Origin: Schaalia odontolytica
GTDB taxonomy: Bacteria; Actinomycetota; Actinomycetes; Actinomycetales; Actinomycetaceae
DNA: 32,000 bases
Direction: 5' to 3'
Assembly (NCBI RefSeq): GCF_005696695.1
Contig: NZ_CP040006.1
Location: 1,830,001 to 1,862,000 of the forward strand
Positions 1 through 9,200 of the stretch are shown in pieces (positions within the stretch are counted from its first letter, which is position 1; each line of letters opens with the position of its first letter). Below the pieces are notes generated by a model, which did not search any database, had not been told where the DNA came from, and saw only the letters and a list, made by a program, of their open reading frames with translations. The translations under genes and the position numbers were made by a program.

Positions 1-90
1 ACTAATTCGCTGCTTACCAAGCCTTTGCACGCTGGCGTTCCGGGCGCCGGAGGCACCGGCCATTCACGGGCACCTCAGCGCACACACGAA

Positions 91-127
91 AGGCCGCGGC
101 CCGGGAAGGACTCCCAGGCCGCGGCCT
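91..127 (-). terminator. GC-rich hairpin just downstream of the exonuclease III gene (possible intrinsic terminator)
   Basis: AGGCCGCGGCC (91-101) is the exact reverse complement of GGCCGCGGCCT (117-127). It lies about 14 nt past the stop of the minus-strand CDS. There is no clear U-tract on the minus strand. Confidence 0.4.
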
Positions 128-140
128 CGTCGATAAAACG

Positions 141-968
141 TCAGATCTCGTAGGTCACGGAGACCGGCGCGTGATCCGAGAAGCGCTCCGCGTACTCGTC
201 GGCGCGGCCGATCTCGAAGGAACGCGCGCGCTCGCCCAGGGCGGGCGTCGCGTACTGGTAGTCGATGCGCCAGCCCGCGTTGTTGACGAAGGCCTGACCT
301 CGCCATGACCACCACGAGTAGGGGCCCTGCACGTCGCCGGCCAGGTCGCGCACGGTATCGCGCCACCCCTCCTCCACCCACTGGTTGAGGAAAGCAATCT
401 CCTCGTCGAGGACGCCGGCGCGCTTGTTGTGGTTCGGCTTCCAGTTCTTGATGTCGGCCTCCGAGCGCACGACGTTGAAGTCGCCGCACACGAGGGAAGA
501 GATGCCACCGGCGGCCTCTTCAGCAATCAGCTCTGCCATGCGTGCGCCGATGCGGGGCAGGTGCGCCATCTTGGCCTCCTGCTTGGGGGTATCCTTCTCG
601 CCCGAGTGGAAGTATGCGGAGACGACGCGCACGGGGGTGTCGCCGCCCTCGGGACGCACGACGGCCTCGAGCCAGCGGCCCGAATCCACGTCCGTCTCGG
701 CCTCGTCGAGAATCAGGCGCGGCTCACCCTCCAGGACCGCGCGCCCGCGTCGCACTGCTACGCCCACGCCCGCGCGCCCCTTGATGCGGCAGGGAACCCA
801 CACGCTCTCCCAGTCCTCGCCCATGATCTCGCGGGAGATCTCCTCGGGCGCACGCACCTCCTGCATGAGCAGCACATCCGTATCGCTCGCCTCCAGCCAG
901 TCGAGGAAGCCGCGCTTGTGGGCGGCTCGGATGCCGTTCAGGTTCACGGTGGTCACCGTCAGAGTCAT
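141..968 (-). CDS. xthA: Exodeoxyribonuclease III / AP endonuclease (EEP superfamily)
   Basis: 275-aa ORF. N-terminus TVNLNGIRAA..GFLDWL....DVLLMQEVR and C-terminal SDHAPV are typical of ExoIII-family nucleases. AAGGAG sits about 6 nt upstream of the ATG. Confidence 0.9.
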   Translation of the reverse strand: MTLTVTTVNLNGIRAAHKRGFLDWLEASDTDVLLMQEVRAPEEISREIMGEDWESVWVPCRIKGRAGVGVAVRRGRAVLEGEPRLILDEAETDVDSGRWLEAVVRPEGGDTPVRVVSAYFHSGEKDTPKQEAKMAHLPRIGARMAELIAEEAAGGISSLVCGDFNVVRSEADIKNWKPNHNKRAGVLDEEIAFLNQWVEEGWRDTVRDLAGDVQGPYSWWSWRGQAFVNNAGWRIDYQYATPALGERARSFEIGRADEYAERFSDHAPVSVTYEI

Positions 969-1003
969 CGTTTTCTCCTTACGCGAGTTTTCTTCAGTCT
1001 AGA

Positions 1004-1059
1004 GGAACGAGGAGGCGCGGCGAGGAATGGACATCCTCACCGCGCCTCCTCTTCGTTCC
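1004..1059 (-). terminator. Long imperfect hairpin between folD and xthA (terminator-like, no U-tail)
   Basis: GGAACGA+GGAGGCGCGG (1004-1020) pairs with CCGCGCCTCC (1040-1049) and TCGTTCC (1053-1059), with a 3-nt bulge. An inner GAGGA/TCCTC pair extends the stem. Confidence 0.35.
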
Positions 1060-1097
1060 CGCGCTCACGCGTCGTTTGCCGAGGCCACGCGCACCTG

Positions 1098-2006
1098 TCA
1101 GTTCGCGCTAATTCCCGCCTGGCGTTCGGCCGCCTCGACGACGTTCGTCACGAGGAGTGCCCGAGTCATCGGGCCAACGCCGCCGGGGTTGGGGCTCAGC
1201 CAGCTGGCCACCTCATCCACGCCGTCCGCGACGTCGCCCATCAGTCGAGCCTTGCCATCCTCGCCCTGCACGCGGCTCACGCCGACGTCGAGGACGATGG
1301 CGCCGGGGGCGACCATGTCACGAGTGATGATCCCAGCGGATCCCGCCGCGGCCACGATGACGTCCGCACGACGCACGTGATCGGCCAGGTCGGTCGTGCC
1401 CGTGTGGCACACGTCGACCGTCGCGTTCACTTCCTTGCGCATGAGCAGGAGGCCGATCGAACGCCCCACGGTCACGCCTCGACCGATAACGCACACGTTC
1501 TTGCCGGCCAGGTCGATCCCATGGCGTTCCATGAGCTCGATGACCGCGCGCGGCGTGCACGGCAGAGGCGAATCGATGGGACCCGAGCCTCGCAGCACGA
1601 GACGCCCGAGGTTCATCGGATGCAGGCCATCCGCATCCTTCGCGGGGTCGATACGCTCCAGAACGGCGTTCGTATCGATGCCGCGAGGCAGCGGCAGCTG
1701 CACGATGTAGCCCGTGCAAGCAGGATCCGCGTTGAGCTGGTCGATCGCGGCCTCCACCTGTTCCTGCGTCGCGTCAGCGGGCAGGTCCACGCGGATCGAC
1801 TCAGCGCCGATCTGAGCGCAATCGCGGTGCTTGCCGGCGACGTAGGCGACGGACCCGGGGTCCTCTCCCACGAGGATCGTGCCGAGGCCCGGGACAACCC
1901 CAGCCTCGCGCAGACGATCGACGCGCTCCTTCAGCTCCGCCTTAATGGCGGCAGCGGTCGCCTTGCCATCCAGGACCCCGGCGGGGCCCTCCCAGGGAGC
2001 CCTCAC
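1098..2006 (-). CDS. folD: Bifunctional 5,10-methylene-THF dehydrogenase / 5,10-methenyl-THF cyclohydrolase
   Basis: 302-aa [15 protein letters not shown] near the N-terminus and the Rossmann segment [11 protein letters not shown] are typical FolD. The GTG start lies 2 nt after the glyA stop, so the exact start is uncertain. Confidence 0.9.
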   Translation of the reverse strand: MRAPWEGPAGVLDGKATAAAIKAELKERVDRLREAGVVPGLGTILVGEDPGSVAYVAGKHRDCAQIGAESIRVDLPADATQEQVEAAIDQLNADPACTGYIVQLPLPRGIDTNAVLERIDPAKDADGLHPMNLGRLVLRGSGPIDSPLPCTPRAVIELMERHGIDLAGKNVCVIGRGVTVGRSIGLLLMRKEVNATVDVCHTGTTDLADHVRRADVIVAAAGSAGIITRDMVAPGAIVLDVGVSRVQGEDGKARLMGDVADGVDEVASWLSPNPGGVGPMTRALLVTNVVEAAERQAGISAN

Positions 2007-2008
2007 GA

Positions 2009-3292
2009 TCAGAGCCCGGCGTACAGCGGGTGCTTGTCCGTCAGCTTCTTGACGCGGGCGCGCAGGGCGTCCACCTCAACATTGCCGCCGGACGCACCCT
2101 GCGACAGGGTCGTGCCGATGATGTCCGCAACCTCGGCGAAGTCCTCGGCGTCGAAGCCACGCGTCGCGAGTGCGGGGGTGCCGATGCGCAGGCCCGAGGT
2201 GACGGCCGGCGGACGGGGGTCGAAGGGAACGGCGTTACGGTTGACGGTAATACCGACCTCATGCAGCAGATCCTCGGCCTGCTGACCGTTGAGCTCGGAG
2301 TCGACCAGGTCAACGAGGACGAGGTGCACGTCGGTGCCACCCGTGACCAGCTTGATACCGGCCTTCTTCGCGTCGTCAGCGCCCAGGCGCTCGGCAATGA
2401 TCTGCGCGCCCTCGAGGGTGCGGCGCTGGCGGTCCTTGAATTCGTCGGTCTGCGCGACCTTCATGGCGATGGCCTTCGCGGCAATCGCGTGCATGAGAGG
2501 GCCGCCCTGCTGGCCGGGGAACACGGCAGTGTTGAGCTTCTTGCCCCACTGCTCGCCGCGCGAGGACAAGATCATGCCGGAACGAGGACCACCCAGGGTC
2601 TTGTGGACCGTCGTCGTCACCACGTCAGCGAAGGGGACGGGGTTCGGGTGCAGGCCCGCGGCCACGAGGCCCGCGAAGTGAGCCATATCCACCCAGAGGG
2701 CGGCACCGACCTCGTCCGCGATGTCACGGAAGGCCTGGAAGTCAAGGTGACGCGGGTAGGCGGACCAACCGGCGATGATGACGCGCGGACGCTCGGCGAG
2801 AGCAGCCTCACGAACCTTCTCAGGCTCGATGCGCATGGTCTCACGGTCAACCTCGTAGGCGACGGCCTTGTAGTTCTTGCCCGAGAAGTTCAGGCGCATG
2901 CCGTGGGTCAAGTGACCGCCGTGGGCCAGCGACAGGCCGAGGATCGGGTCGCCGACATTCGCCATAGCCATGAGCGCGGCAGCGTTGGCCTGCGCACCGG
3001 CGTGGGGCTGAACGTTCACGTAGTCGCCGCCGAAAACCTGCTTCGCACGTTCGATGGCGAGCGACTCTGCGACATCCACGAACTCGCAGCCACCGTAGTA
3101 GCGGCGGCCCGGGTAGCCCTCGGCGTACTTATTAGTCAGGACCGAGCCCTGCGCCTCGAGGACGGCGCGCGGGACAAAGTTCTCCGAGGCGATCATCTCG
3201 AGAGTGTCACGCTGGCGACCAAGCTCGGCGTCCAGAACGGCCTGAATCTCAGGATCCAGCTGCGCAAGTGTCATGTCATTGAGGGAATCCAT
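2009..3292 (-). CDS. glyA: Serine hydroxymethyltransferase
   Basis: 427-aa ORF with SHMT hallmarks: [24 protein letters not shown], and [14 protein letters not shown] containing the PLP lysine. AGGAGA sits upstream of the ATG. Confidence 0.95.
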   Translation of the reverse strand: MDSLNDMTLAQLDPEIQAVLDAELGRQRDTLEMIASENFVPRAVLEAQGSVLTNKYAEGYPGRRYYGGCEFVDVAESLAIERAKQVFGGDYVNVQPHAGAQANAAALMAMANVGDPILGLSLAHGGHLTHGMRLNFSGKNYKAVAYEVDRETMRIEPEKVREAALAERPRVIIAGWSAYPRHLDFQAFRDIADEVGAALWVDMAHFAGLVAAGLHPNPVPFADVVTTTVHKTLGGPRSGMILSSRGEQWGKKLNTAVFPGQQGGPLMHAIAAKAIAMKVAQTDEFKDRQRRTLEGAQIIAERLGADDAKKAGIKLVTGGTDVHLVLVDLVDSELNGQQAEDLLHEVGITVNRNAVPFDPRPPAVTSGLRIGTPALATRGFDAEDFAEVADIIGTTLSQGASGGNVEVDALRARVKKLTDKHPLYAGL

Positions 3293-3338
3293 GGGGTTCT
3301 CCTATTGATCATCCGATGATGGTTGGCAGTGGCCTCTA

Positions 3339-3413
3339 GCCCAGGCGGGCGGCTATCGATGCCGACGCGTCGCTCCCCGGTGGTGGCCCACCTATTCGCC
3401 AGTCACGACACGC
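3339..3413 (-). promoter_or_regulatory. ZTP (pfl-motif) riboswitch aptamer in the glyA-folD leader
   Basis: The minus strand reads CGUGUCGUGACUGGCGAAUAGGUGGGCCACCACCGGGGAGCGACGCGUCGGCAUCGAUAGCCGCCCGCCUGGGC. This contains the conserved GACUGGCG, GGUGG..CCACC helix, CCGGGGAGC and 3' CCGCCUGGGC pseudoknot strand of the ZTP class. P1 forms from CGUGUCG and CGACGCG. It sits 46 nt upstream of the glyA ATG, a classic ZTP-regulated gene. Confidence 0.85.
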
Positions 3414-3549
3414 TGACCAGTCTATCGCTCAGCGGTTTTCCGCGCATTCTGCCAAGGTGTCAGCAAGCTACCAGCTGGTCACGCAACGTTCAGATCTGAC
3501 TTGCACAACTCGTCAGGTGCACGAAATCACAGCCTTTTTTCGCTTGTAC

Positions 3550-3600
3550 TTAACCCTTTGGTTAGCAACCAAGCTAACCATATGGATAGACTAGGGTTAA
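3550..3600. promoter_or_regulatory. Nested inverted repeats in the glyA / sugar-transferase divergent region (candidate operator)
   Basis: Outer arms are TTAACCCT (3550-3557) and AGGGTTAA (3593-3600). Inner perfect 8-bp arms are TGGTTAGC (3559-3566) and GCTAACCA (3573-3580), separated by AACCAA. Confidence 0.3.
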
Positions 3601-3725
3601 CACCTAACGGTGACTGAGTTGCGCCAGGGACGTTTACCTAGTAAACATCCCAGTCCAGAGCGGATTTTCCGCCTCTAACCGACATGCAGCATTTGAGTTT
3701 GATGAAGTAGAAGGAAGACGCACAG

Positions 3726-4421
3726 ATGACAACTTTGACGAAGCCCACCGCACGAGCCGCATCCACGGCTCTCGCATTCGAGCACGCGTCGGATCTTGCC
3801 GCCTCCGCCGACAACGCCATCAAGCGCATGTGCGACATTTTCGCAGCTCTTTTCGGCATTATCCTGCTGACCCCGCTGTGGATTATTGTCGCCGCGATGG
3901 TGCGCCTGAACGACGGCGGCCCCGCTCTCTTCACTCAGGAGCGCGTCGGCCTCGACGGCAAGACTTTTACCATGTTTAAGTTCCGCACCATGCGCGTGGA
4001 CGCCGAAGAGCTCAAAGCCTCCCTCATGGAGGCCAACGAGGCCGACTCCTCCGCCGGAAATTCGATCATGTTCAAAATGGCCAACGATCCGCGCATTACG
4101 CGCATCGGAGCCTTCCTGCGCAAGACGTCGATCGACGAGCTGCCCCAGCTGTTCAACGTCCTGCGTGGCGACATGTCCCTCGTGGGCCCGCGCCCCCCAC
4201 TCCCCAGCGAGGTCGCACAGTACGAACCCCGCGTGATGGGCAAGTTCGCCGTCCGCCCCGGCATCACCGGTCTCTGGCAGATCTCCGGCCGCTCGAACCT
4301 CTCCTGGGATGAGACCGTCCACCTGGACCTCTCCTACGCCCAGCACCGCTCCCTCACCCTCGACGCGTGGATCATGCTTCAGACCATCCCCGCGCTCCTG
4401 CGTCACGAGGGCGCCTACTAA
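3726..4421 (+). CDS. Small monotopic phosphoglycosyl transferase (bacterial sugar transferase family, PglC / WbaP C-terminal-like); initiating enzyme
   Basis: 231-aa ORF. One N-terminal hydrophobic helix (IFAALFGIILLTPLWIIVAAMV), then PALFTQERVG..GK.F.MFKFRTM, DELPQLFNVLRGDMSLVGPRP and GITGLWQISGRS, the signature blocks of this family. Confidence 0.85.
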   Translation: MTTLTKPTARAASTALAFEHASDLAASADNAIKRMCDIFAALFGIILLTPLWIIVAAMVRLNDGGPALFTQERVGLDGKTFTMFKFRTMRVDAEELKASLMEANEADSSAGNSIMFKMANDPRITRIGAFLRKTSIDELPQLFNVLRGDMSLVGPRPPLPSEVAQYEPRVMGKFAVRPGITGLWQISGRSNLSWDETVHLDLSYAQHRSLTLDAWIMLQTIPALLRHEGAY

Positions 4422-4446
4422 GCCTTTCCTCTCTGTGTGTGATTGG

Positions 4447-4488
4447 GTGTGGCCCGAGCCGATTGGCTCGGGCCACACCTTTATCTTC
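4447..4488 (+). terminator. Rho-independent terminator after the sugar transferase gene
   Basis: Perfect 14-bp stem GTGTGGCCCGAGCC / GGCTCGGGCCACAC with a GATT loop (4447-4478), followed by the T-rich CTTTATCTTC. Confidence 0.75.
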
Positions 4489-5125
4489 AACGCCCCACCA
4501 CGGCCTCAAATCCCCGCAACCACAAGGCAATTCACATCGGCTTGGACAGCGCGGCGAGGCCCCATCGCAGTACCTCACGGCAGTGATCACCGCACCACTT
4601 CCACCCCTCAGCCACACGTCAGGACCGGATCAACGAGGCTCACGTAGGCCACCCCACCCATTTGAAGATTGAGTCGTCAAACTCGCACATTGCGCTAGCG
4701 ATCGATTCACATTGCACGGAAGCGCGCATACAGAGAGCAGCTCATCAGCCTCAAGAGAGTTTGACACCTACGCATAAGAGCACCCTTTGCCACCCACATC
4801 ACAGGGAGGCATCACACCCTCATAATGTTTTGTGTGGGCTACGCCATTCACTGCATAACCCTTTTTAAGCATCTATCCGGAAGCATTTTGAGACACGCTC
4901 AGCGCCGCTCCCCCTCCCCCACGCTCGCCCCTTGTGTGCTCCCAAAAGCCGACCAGGGCACTCACACGAAAGAGCCCCTGACCTGCGAGCACACACCTTC
5001 ACGCGAACCCTGTTGGTGGCCATTCTTCGAGACGTAGAACCGTCCGAAAACAGCCTTGCGCCCCACTTACCGCGGGCACGGGCCCGGAAGACATCTGGCA
5101 GGCCGCAGAACATCCGCACCGCAAA

Positions 5126-5207
5126 CTGGATAGGAAGCGACGATCTGGATAGGTTGGAGCGATCTGGATAGGAAAATAACCTATCCCGAAGCGCCGTTCC
5201 TATCCAG
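5126..5207. repeat. Phased 9-mer array: 3 direct CTGGATAGG plus 2 inverted copies at 19-bp spacing
   Basis: CTGGATAGG occurs at 5126, 5145 and 5164. The second and third copies extend to GATCTGGATAGG. The inverted copies are CCTATCCCG at 5180 and CCTATCCAG at 5199. The third direct copy and first inverted copy form a dyad around AAAATAA. Confidence 0.8.
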
Positions 5208-5371
5208 AACCCCCATCGCAGCCGCCTGGAGCGTACGTCGCCGGATACAGGGGCGTGGCCACACTGGCCGCACACATTGCCAGATGACAGCAGGTACGAG
5301 CAACCGTCCCTACGCGCCAGTAGCCGTCACCACCTACCATCGGGCAGCACCAGCCCATCTGGCGATGCAAA

Positions 5372-5400
5372 GGAGGCCGGACCCCGCAGGGCCGGCCTCC
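5372..5400 (-). terminator. Intrinsic terminator downstream of the tagA-like gene
   Basis: GGAGGCCGG (5372-5380) pairs with CCGGCCTCC (5392-5400). On the minus strand the hairpin is followed by TTTGCATC. It lies about 27 nt past the stop at 5427. Confidence 0.6.
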
Positions 5401-5426
5401 TTCACAACGACTAGCGTCAACCTCGG

Positions 5427-6206
5427 TCAGCGAAGCGTCACGCCACCGACCAGTCCGAGATCGTCGAAGCTACCCATTGCCTCGAGCCGCGAGATGAGCT
5501 CGGGCGCGTGAGCGACGAAGTCGAGGGCTTCGACGGTGTAGCGCTTGGTGAGCCGCTTGGGCTCGTGCGCGATGCGCCAGGCCCACCCGAGGCGGGCGGC
5601 GTGCACCCAGTTCGGGAAATAGTCGTCGGCAGCGCGTGCGTACTGGTCGATCCAACCGCCCGCGGTGCACACGGACGCCTCGGGCAGGAGGCCGAGAACG
5701 AAGGACGCGACGACCTCCTGGAGACCGGCCCCCAGGCCGACGATCACGAGGCGTGGATCGAAGGCAGTGAGCACCGAGGGATCGACCTTCAGCCGACGAA
5801 GCCCCTCGTACCCGTCGATGACCTGCACATCGAAGCGGTGCAGGCGCTCGGCTGCGGCCTGACCAGCCTCGGGAACAGCCCCGATGAGGGTGATGCGGGT
5901 GCCATCCTCGAGGCGTTCAAAGACGTGCGGCAGGACGAGGTCCGCGGAGGTGCGGGCGACCTCGTGGCCTGCTGCGCGCAGACGCATCTGCAGGAGGGTC
6001 CCGTCGAAGCCGACGGTGTGCATGCGGGCAAGCGCACGGAAGTCGGCGTGCAGGAGGGACCAGTGGTTGAGCCACGTGGTCGTGTGCCCTCGGGTGAGCA
6101 CGCGCTGCGCCATCGCGTCGAACGCGGGGTCGGTCGCGGGGGCGCCGACCGCGCCGGCGGCCTCGGCCTCTTCCGAGCCGCCGGCGGGGGTTGACGTCAC
6201 GGTCAT
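5427..6206 (-). CDS. WecG/TagA/CpsF-family glycosyltransferase (GT26-like)
   Basis: The ORF contains GFDGTLL, LIGAVPE, IVGLGAGLQE and the C-terminal RLGWAWRIAHEPKRL.KRY block typical of TagA/WecG enzymes. The ATG at 6206 is preferred because GAGGTG sits 6 nt upstream. A GTG at 6215 is an alternative. Confidence 0.85.
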   Translation of the reverse strand: MTVTSTPAGGSEEAEAAGAVGAPATDPAFDAMAQRVLTRGHTTTWLNHWSLLHADFRALARMHTVGFDGTLLQMRLRAAGHEVARTSADLVLPHVFERLEDGTRITLIGAVPEAGQAAAERLHRFDVQVIDGYEGLRRLKVDPSVLTAFDPRLVIVGLGAGLQEVVASFVLGLLPEASVCTAGGWIDQYARAADDYFPNWVHAARLGWAWRIAHEPKRLTKRYTVEALDFVAHAPELISRLEAMGSFDDLGLVGGVTLR

Positions 6207-6211
6207 GGAGA

Positions 6212-9200
6212 TCACCTCACCAGGCTTGCCGTGAGATCAAAGGTCACGGACGATGCTTTCGCGTAGTTGGCGTGAGACTCAACGGCGATACGGTTGACGC
6301 CATCCTTGAGCAGCTTGCGGGGCACCGTGATGCGCACGAGCTTGTTCTTCGCCGTAGTGAGGCCCACGTTGGAGGAGGCTCGCGTGTTGGCGTCGATCGT
6401 GCCCTCGGGCATGTTCACGCGCTTAATTTCGGTGCCGTTCACGTAGATGACTGCACCATCGTCAACGCGGACATCGAGGGTGACCTCGAAGTCGGCGCTG
6501 AGGGTACCGAAGTTGACGTCACGCACGAAGTAGTTCGTGATGGCTCGGTCCGCCGCAGGCATCGTGAAGGGCGTACCGGCGTCGCGGTCGCCCCAGCCGA
6601 GCGGGCTGGCGCCGTGCTTCCACGAGGACAGGTCGGCGGTGGAGTTCCACTTGGCGTCGGGCGCTTCCTTGGAGTTCCAGTAGTTCCAGTACATGCCCGA
6701 GAACAGGAAGGGTCCGAAGTTAAGCGCAGACACGTCGAGGACCTCGAGGGGCTTGTCCGGGTCAGGCGTGAGCGGAACATCCGGCTGCGGCTGGGGTGCC
6801 GGCTCCGGTTCGGGCGCGGGAGCGGGTGCCGGCTCGTTGCCCTTAGTGACGACCTGTACCATGCCGTCGATGGTCATCGACGAGCTGGAGCGGTAGTTCA
6901 GGTGTGTTTCGACGGCCAGCGTGTTCGCGCCGGCGACCAGCTTGTCCGCGGGGACGAAGACCAGCTGTCGGTCGGCTCGCGCAGAGGGCGTCGAGACAGA
7001 GGCGGATGCGAATGTAGACGCGTCAACCGTTCCATCGCCCATGCGCTGGCGAGCCACCTCGTTGCCGTTGACGTACACCACGGCACCATCGTCAGCCGTC
7101 ACGGCGACGTTGACGCCGCCGATGGCGGTGGGATCAGCGACCGTGAAGTTGATTCGCGCGTAGGTGGTGACGGGGCGGGTCTTGGCCGTGCCCGGGGTCA
7201 GCTTCGTGTTGAGGCCGGGGCCGCCGTAGCCGATCGGGGATGCACCGCGGCTCCATGCAGAGTCGTCGAACGAGGTCTGGGCCCAGTTCTCGGCGACCGG
7301 ATCGGTCGACCAGTGGTACGCCCAGGTGTCGTCCTCGTCGACGAGCAGCGAAGAATCGTCGGGCTGCGCGGGCTTACCGTTGGAGTCGACCACGTAGGCG
7401 TGCGTGGACGCGCCGCGCAGGCCGTCGGAGGCGACAGCGCGCACGAAGAAGCGGTTCTTGCCGCCCAGGGGCACGGTCACGGAGTTCGAGGTCGTGGTGG
7501 CGATCGGACGATCGTCACGCAGGATGTCGTAGGAGACGGCACCGGGCACGGAGGACCACTTGAGGGTCACCTGCTGGGAGTTGCCGTCGGAGGCGCGCAG
7601 GTTGGCGGGCACGGCGGGTGCGGTAGCGTTGCGCGCAGGCATGCGCACGAAGCCGCCGGACCACTGTCCCGAGGTGAGCGACGTGTAGGAGTAGTTGAAG
7701 TCGCCGCCTGCCCACAGCGCGCCGTCGTCGCCCATTTCGAGGGCCCACGCGCCGGTGAAACGCTGGGAGGACAGGCGGTAGGGGGTCCAGCCGAGCTGGC
7801 GGCCCGTGGCCTCGTCCCAGCCGCCGACCCACTGGATTTCGTCGGCACGCGTCCAGGAGGTGCCCAGCGTCAGGTAGTGGTAGGCGTCCTGGAAGGCGAA
7901 GTCGGAGCAGTGGCACGAGGCGTAGACGACACCCGTGGCGGAGCGGGTGCTCGCCTGAACGTCTCCGCCGTTCTGCATGGTGATGGAACCCGAGGTGCGG
8001 GTCATCGAGTCGGAGTTGTATCCGAAGAGCGAGTGCTGCGAGCCGCCGAAGTACACGCGGCCGTTGCGCGCGGTGACGGTCTGCTGGTACTTGCCGATCA
8101 GGTAGGAGTGCTGGAAGGTCCAGGACGAGTCCAGCGCAGCGCCGGTGGCTGTGGACAGTCGACCCGCATTTTCGACGACCAGGTTGTGCGCGCGCGTGAA
8201 GTAGCCGGCAGCGTAGTAGTAGGTCTCGTTTTCGTCAACGTCGATATCAATGACGGTGCCGTTGAACTCGGGGTTCCACGAGCGGTCGGGCTTGCCGTTG
8301 ATATCGAGGCGCGCGCCGTTACGGGCATAGGTCCACGACGCACCGTTGCCCTGGAAGTGCGTGAAGATACCGCCCAGGTAGATGTGGTCGTTGATGATCT
8401 TGATGGACTTCACCGAGACGCGGCCACCGTTGGCGCCGGTGCGCGCCTGCAGGGTCCACGACGGGTCGATCTGGCCGGTCGCGGGGTCGATCAGAACCGT
8501 GCCGACGTGGGTCTCACCGTTGACCCGGGTGAAGTCGCCGGCCACGAGGAGCTTGCCGTTAGGCAGCTCAGCGAGGTCCTTGACCTGGTTGTTGAAGGAG
8601 AAGGTCTGTCCGTTCCACTCCCCCGTCGTCGCGTCGAAGCCGGCGAGACCACTGGAGGCGATTTCCTGGCCGTTCTTACCCTTCTGCACGCCGGTGAAGT
8701 TACCGCCGACGTACATGGTCGAGCCGATCTGCTCGAAGGCCTGGACCTGGATATTGCCTTCCTTGTAGGAACCGTTGAGGTTGCCGGTCACGCCCCAAGA
8801 CATCGGCGAGGCGAACTCAGAAGCGGTGTCCTTCTGCTTTTCGGCGGGCGTGCCGCCGTCGCCGATGGCGCGGAAGCTGGCATCCGTCGAGCGCAGCTGC
8901 GGGCGGATGTAGGCCTCGGCGTAGGGGTTAATGATCGAGCCGTTGTAGTGGAAGTACGACGTCGAGGAGGACGTGTCGGCCCACGACGTGGCGAGAGGGC
9001 CGTAACCCCAGCCCATCGTGTACTTGTTCTGCGCGGAGGCCGTCAGGTTGACGTATCCCCAGCCAGTGTTCGTGCCGAAGCCCGACCAGACGATGCCGCC
9101 GTTGACCCACCACTCGCGGTTGAACTTCACGTCCACGGGGTGGGCGCTCTTAAAGGGCCAGATGAAGTCGCGCATCTTCGGGAAGCGCATGCGTACCGTC

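Noticed and set aside
429-2285. 618-aa plus-strand ORF overlapping xthA, folD and glyA (antisense). Analogous ORFs are at 2030-3319, 15688-17058, 16947-18617, 18716-19852, 19843-20766, 20498-21631, 22141-23148 and 27039-28106.
   Set aside because: All are antisense shadows of confidently identified minus-strand genes in about 70% GC DNA. None has family motifs or a sensible start context.
5126-5207. Possibility that the phased repeat array is a CRISPR array.
   Set aside because: The repeat core is only 9-12 nt, spacers are 7-10 nt, the orientation flips within the array, and no cas genes are present. The geometry fits protein-binding sites, not CRISPR.
4662-5275. Short ORFs in the spacer (4662-4868, 4825-5037, 4865-5275 minus strand, 4932-5171).
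   Set aside because: They mutually overlap, have no SD sequences, and give translations rich in His, Arg, Cys and Pro with no motifs. They were treated as non-coding. A decayed pseudogene cannot be excluded without BLASTX.
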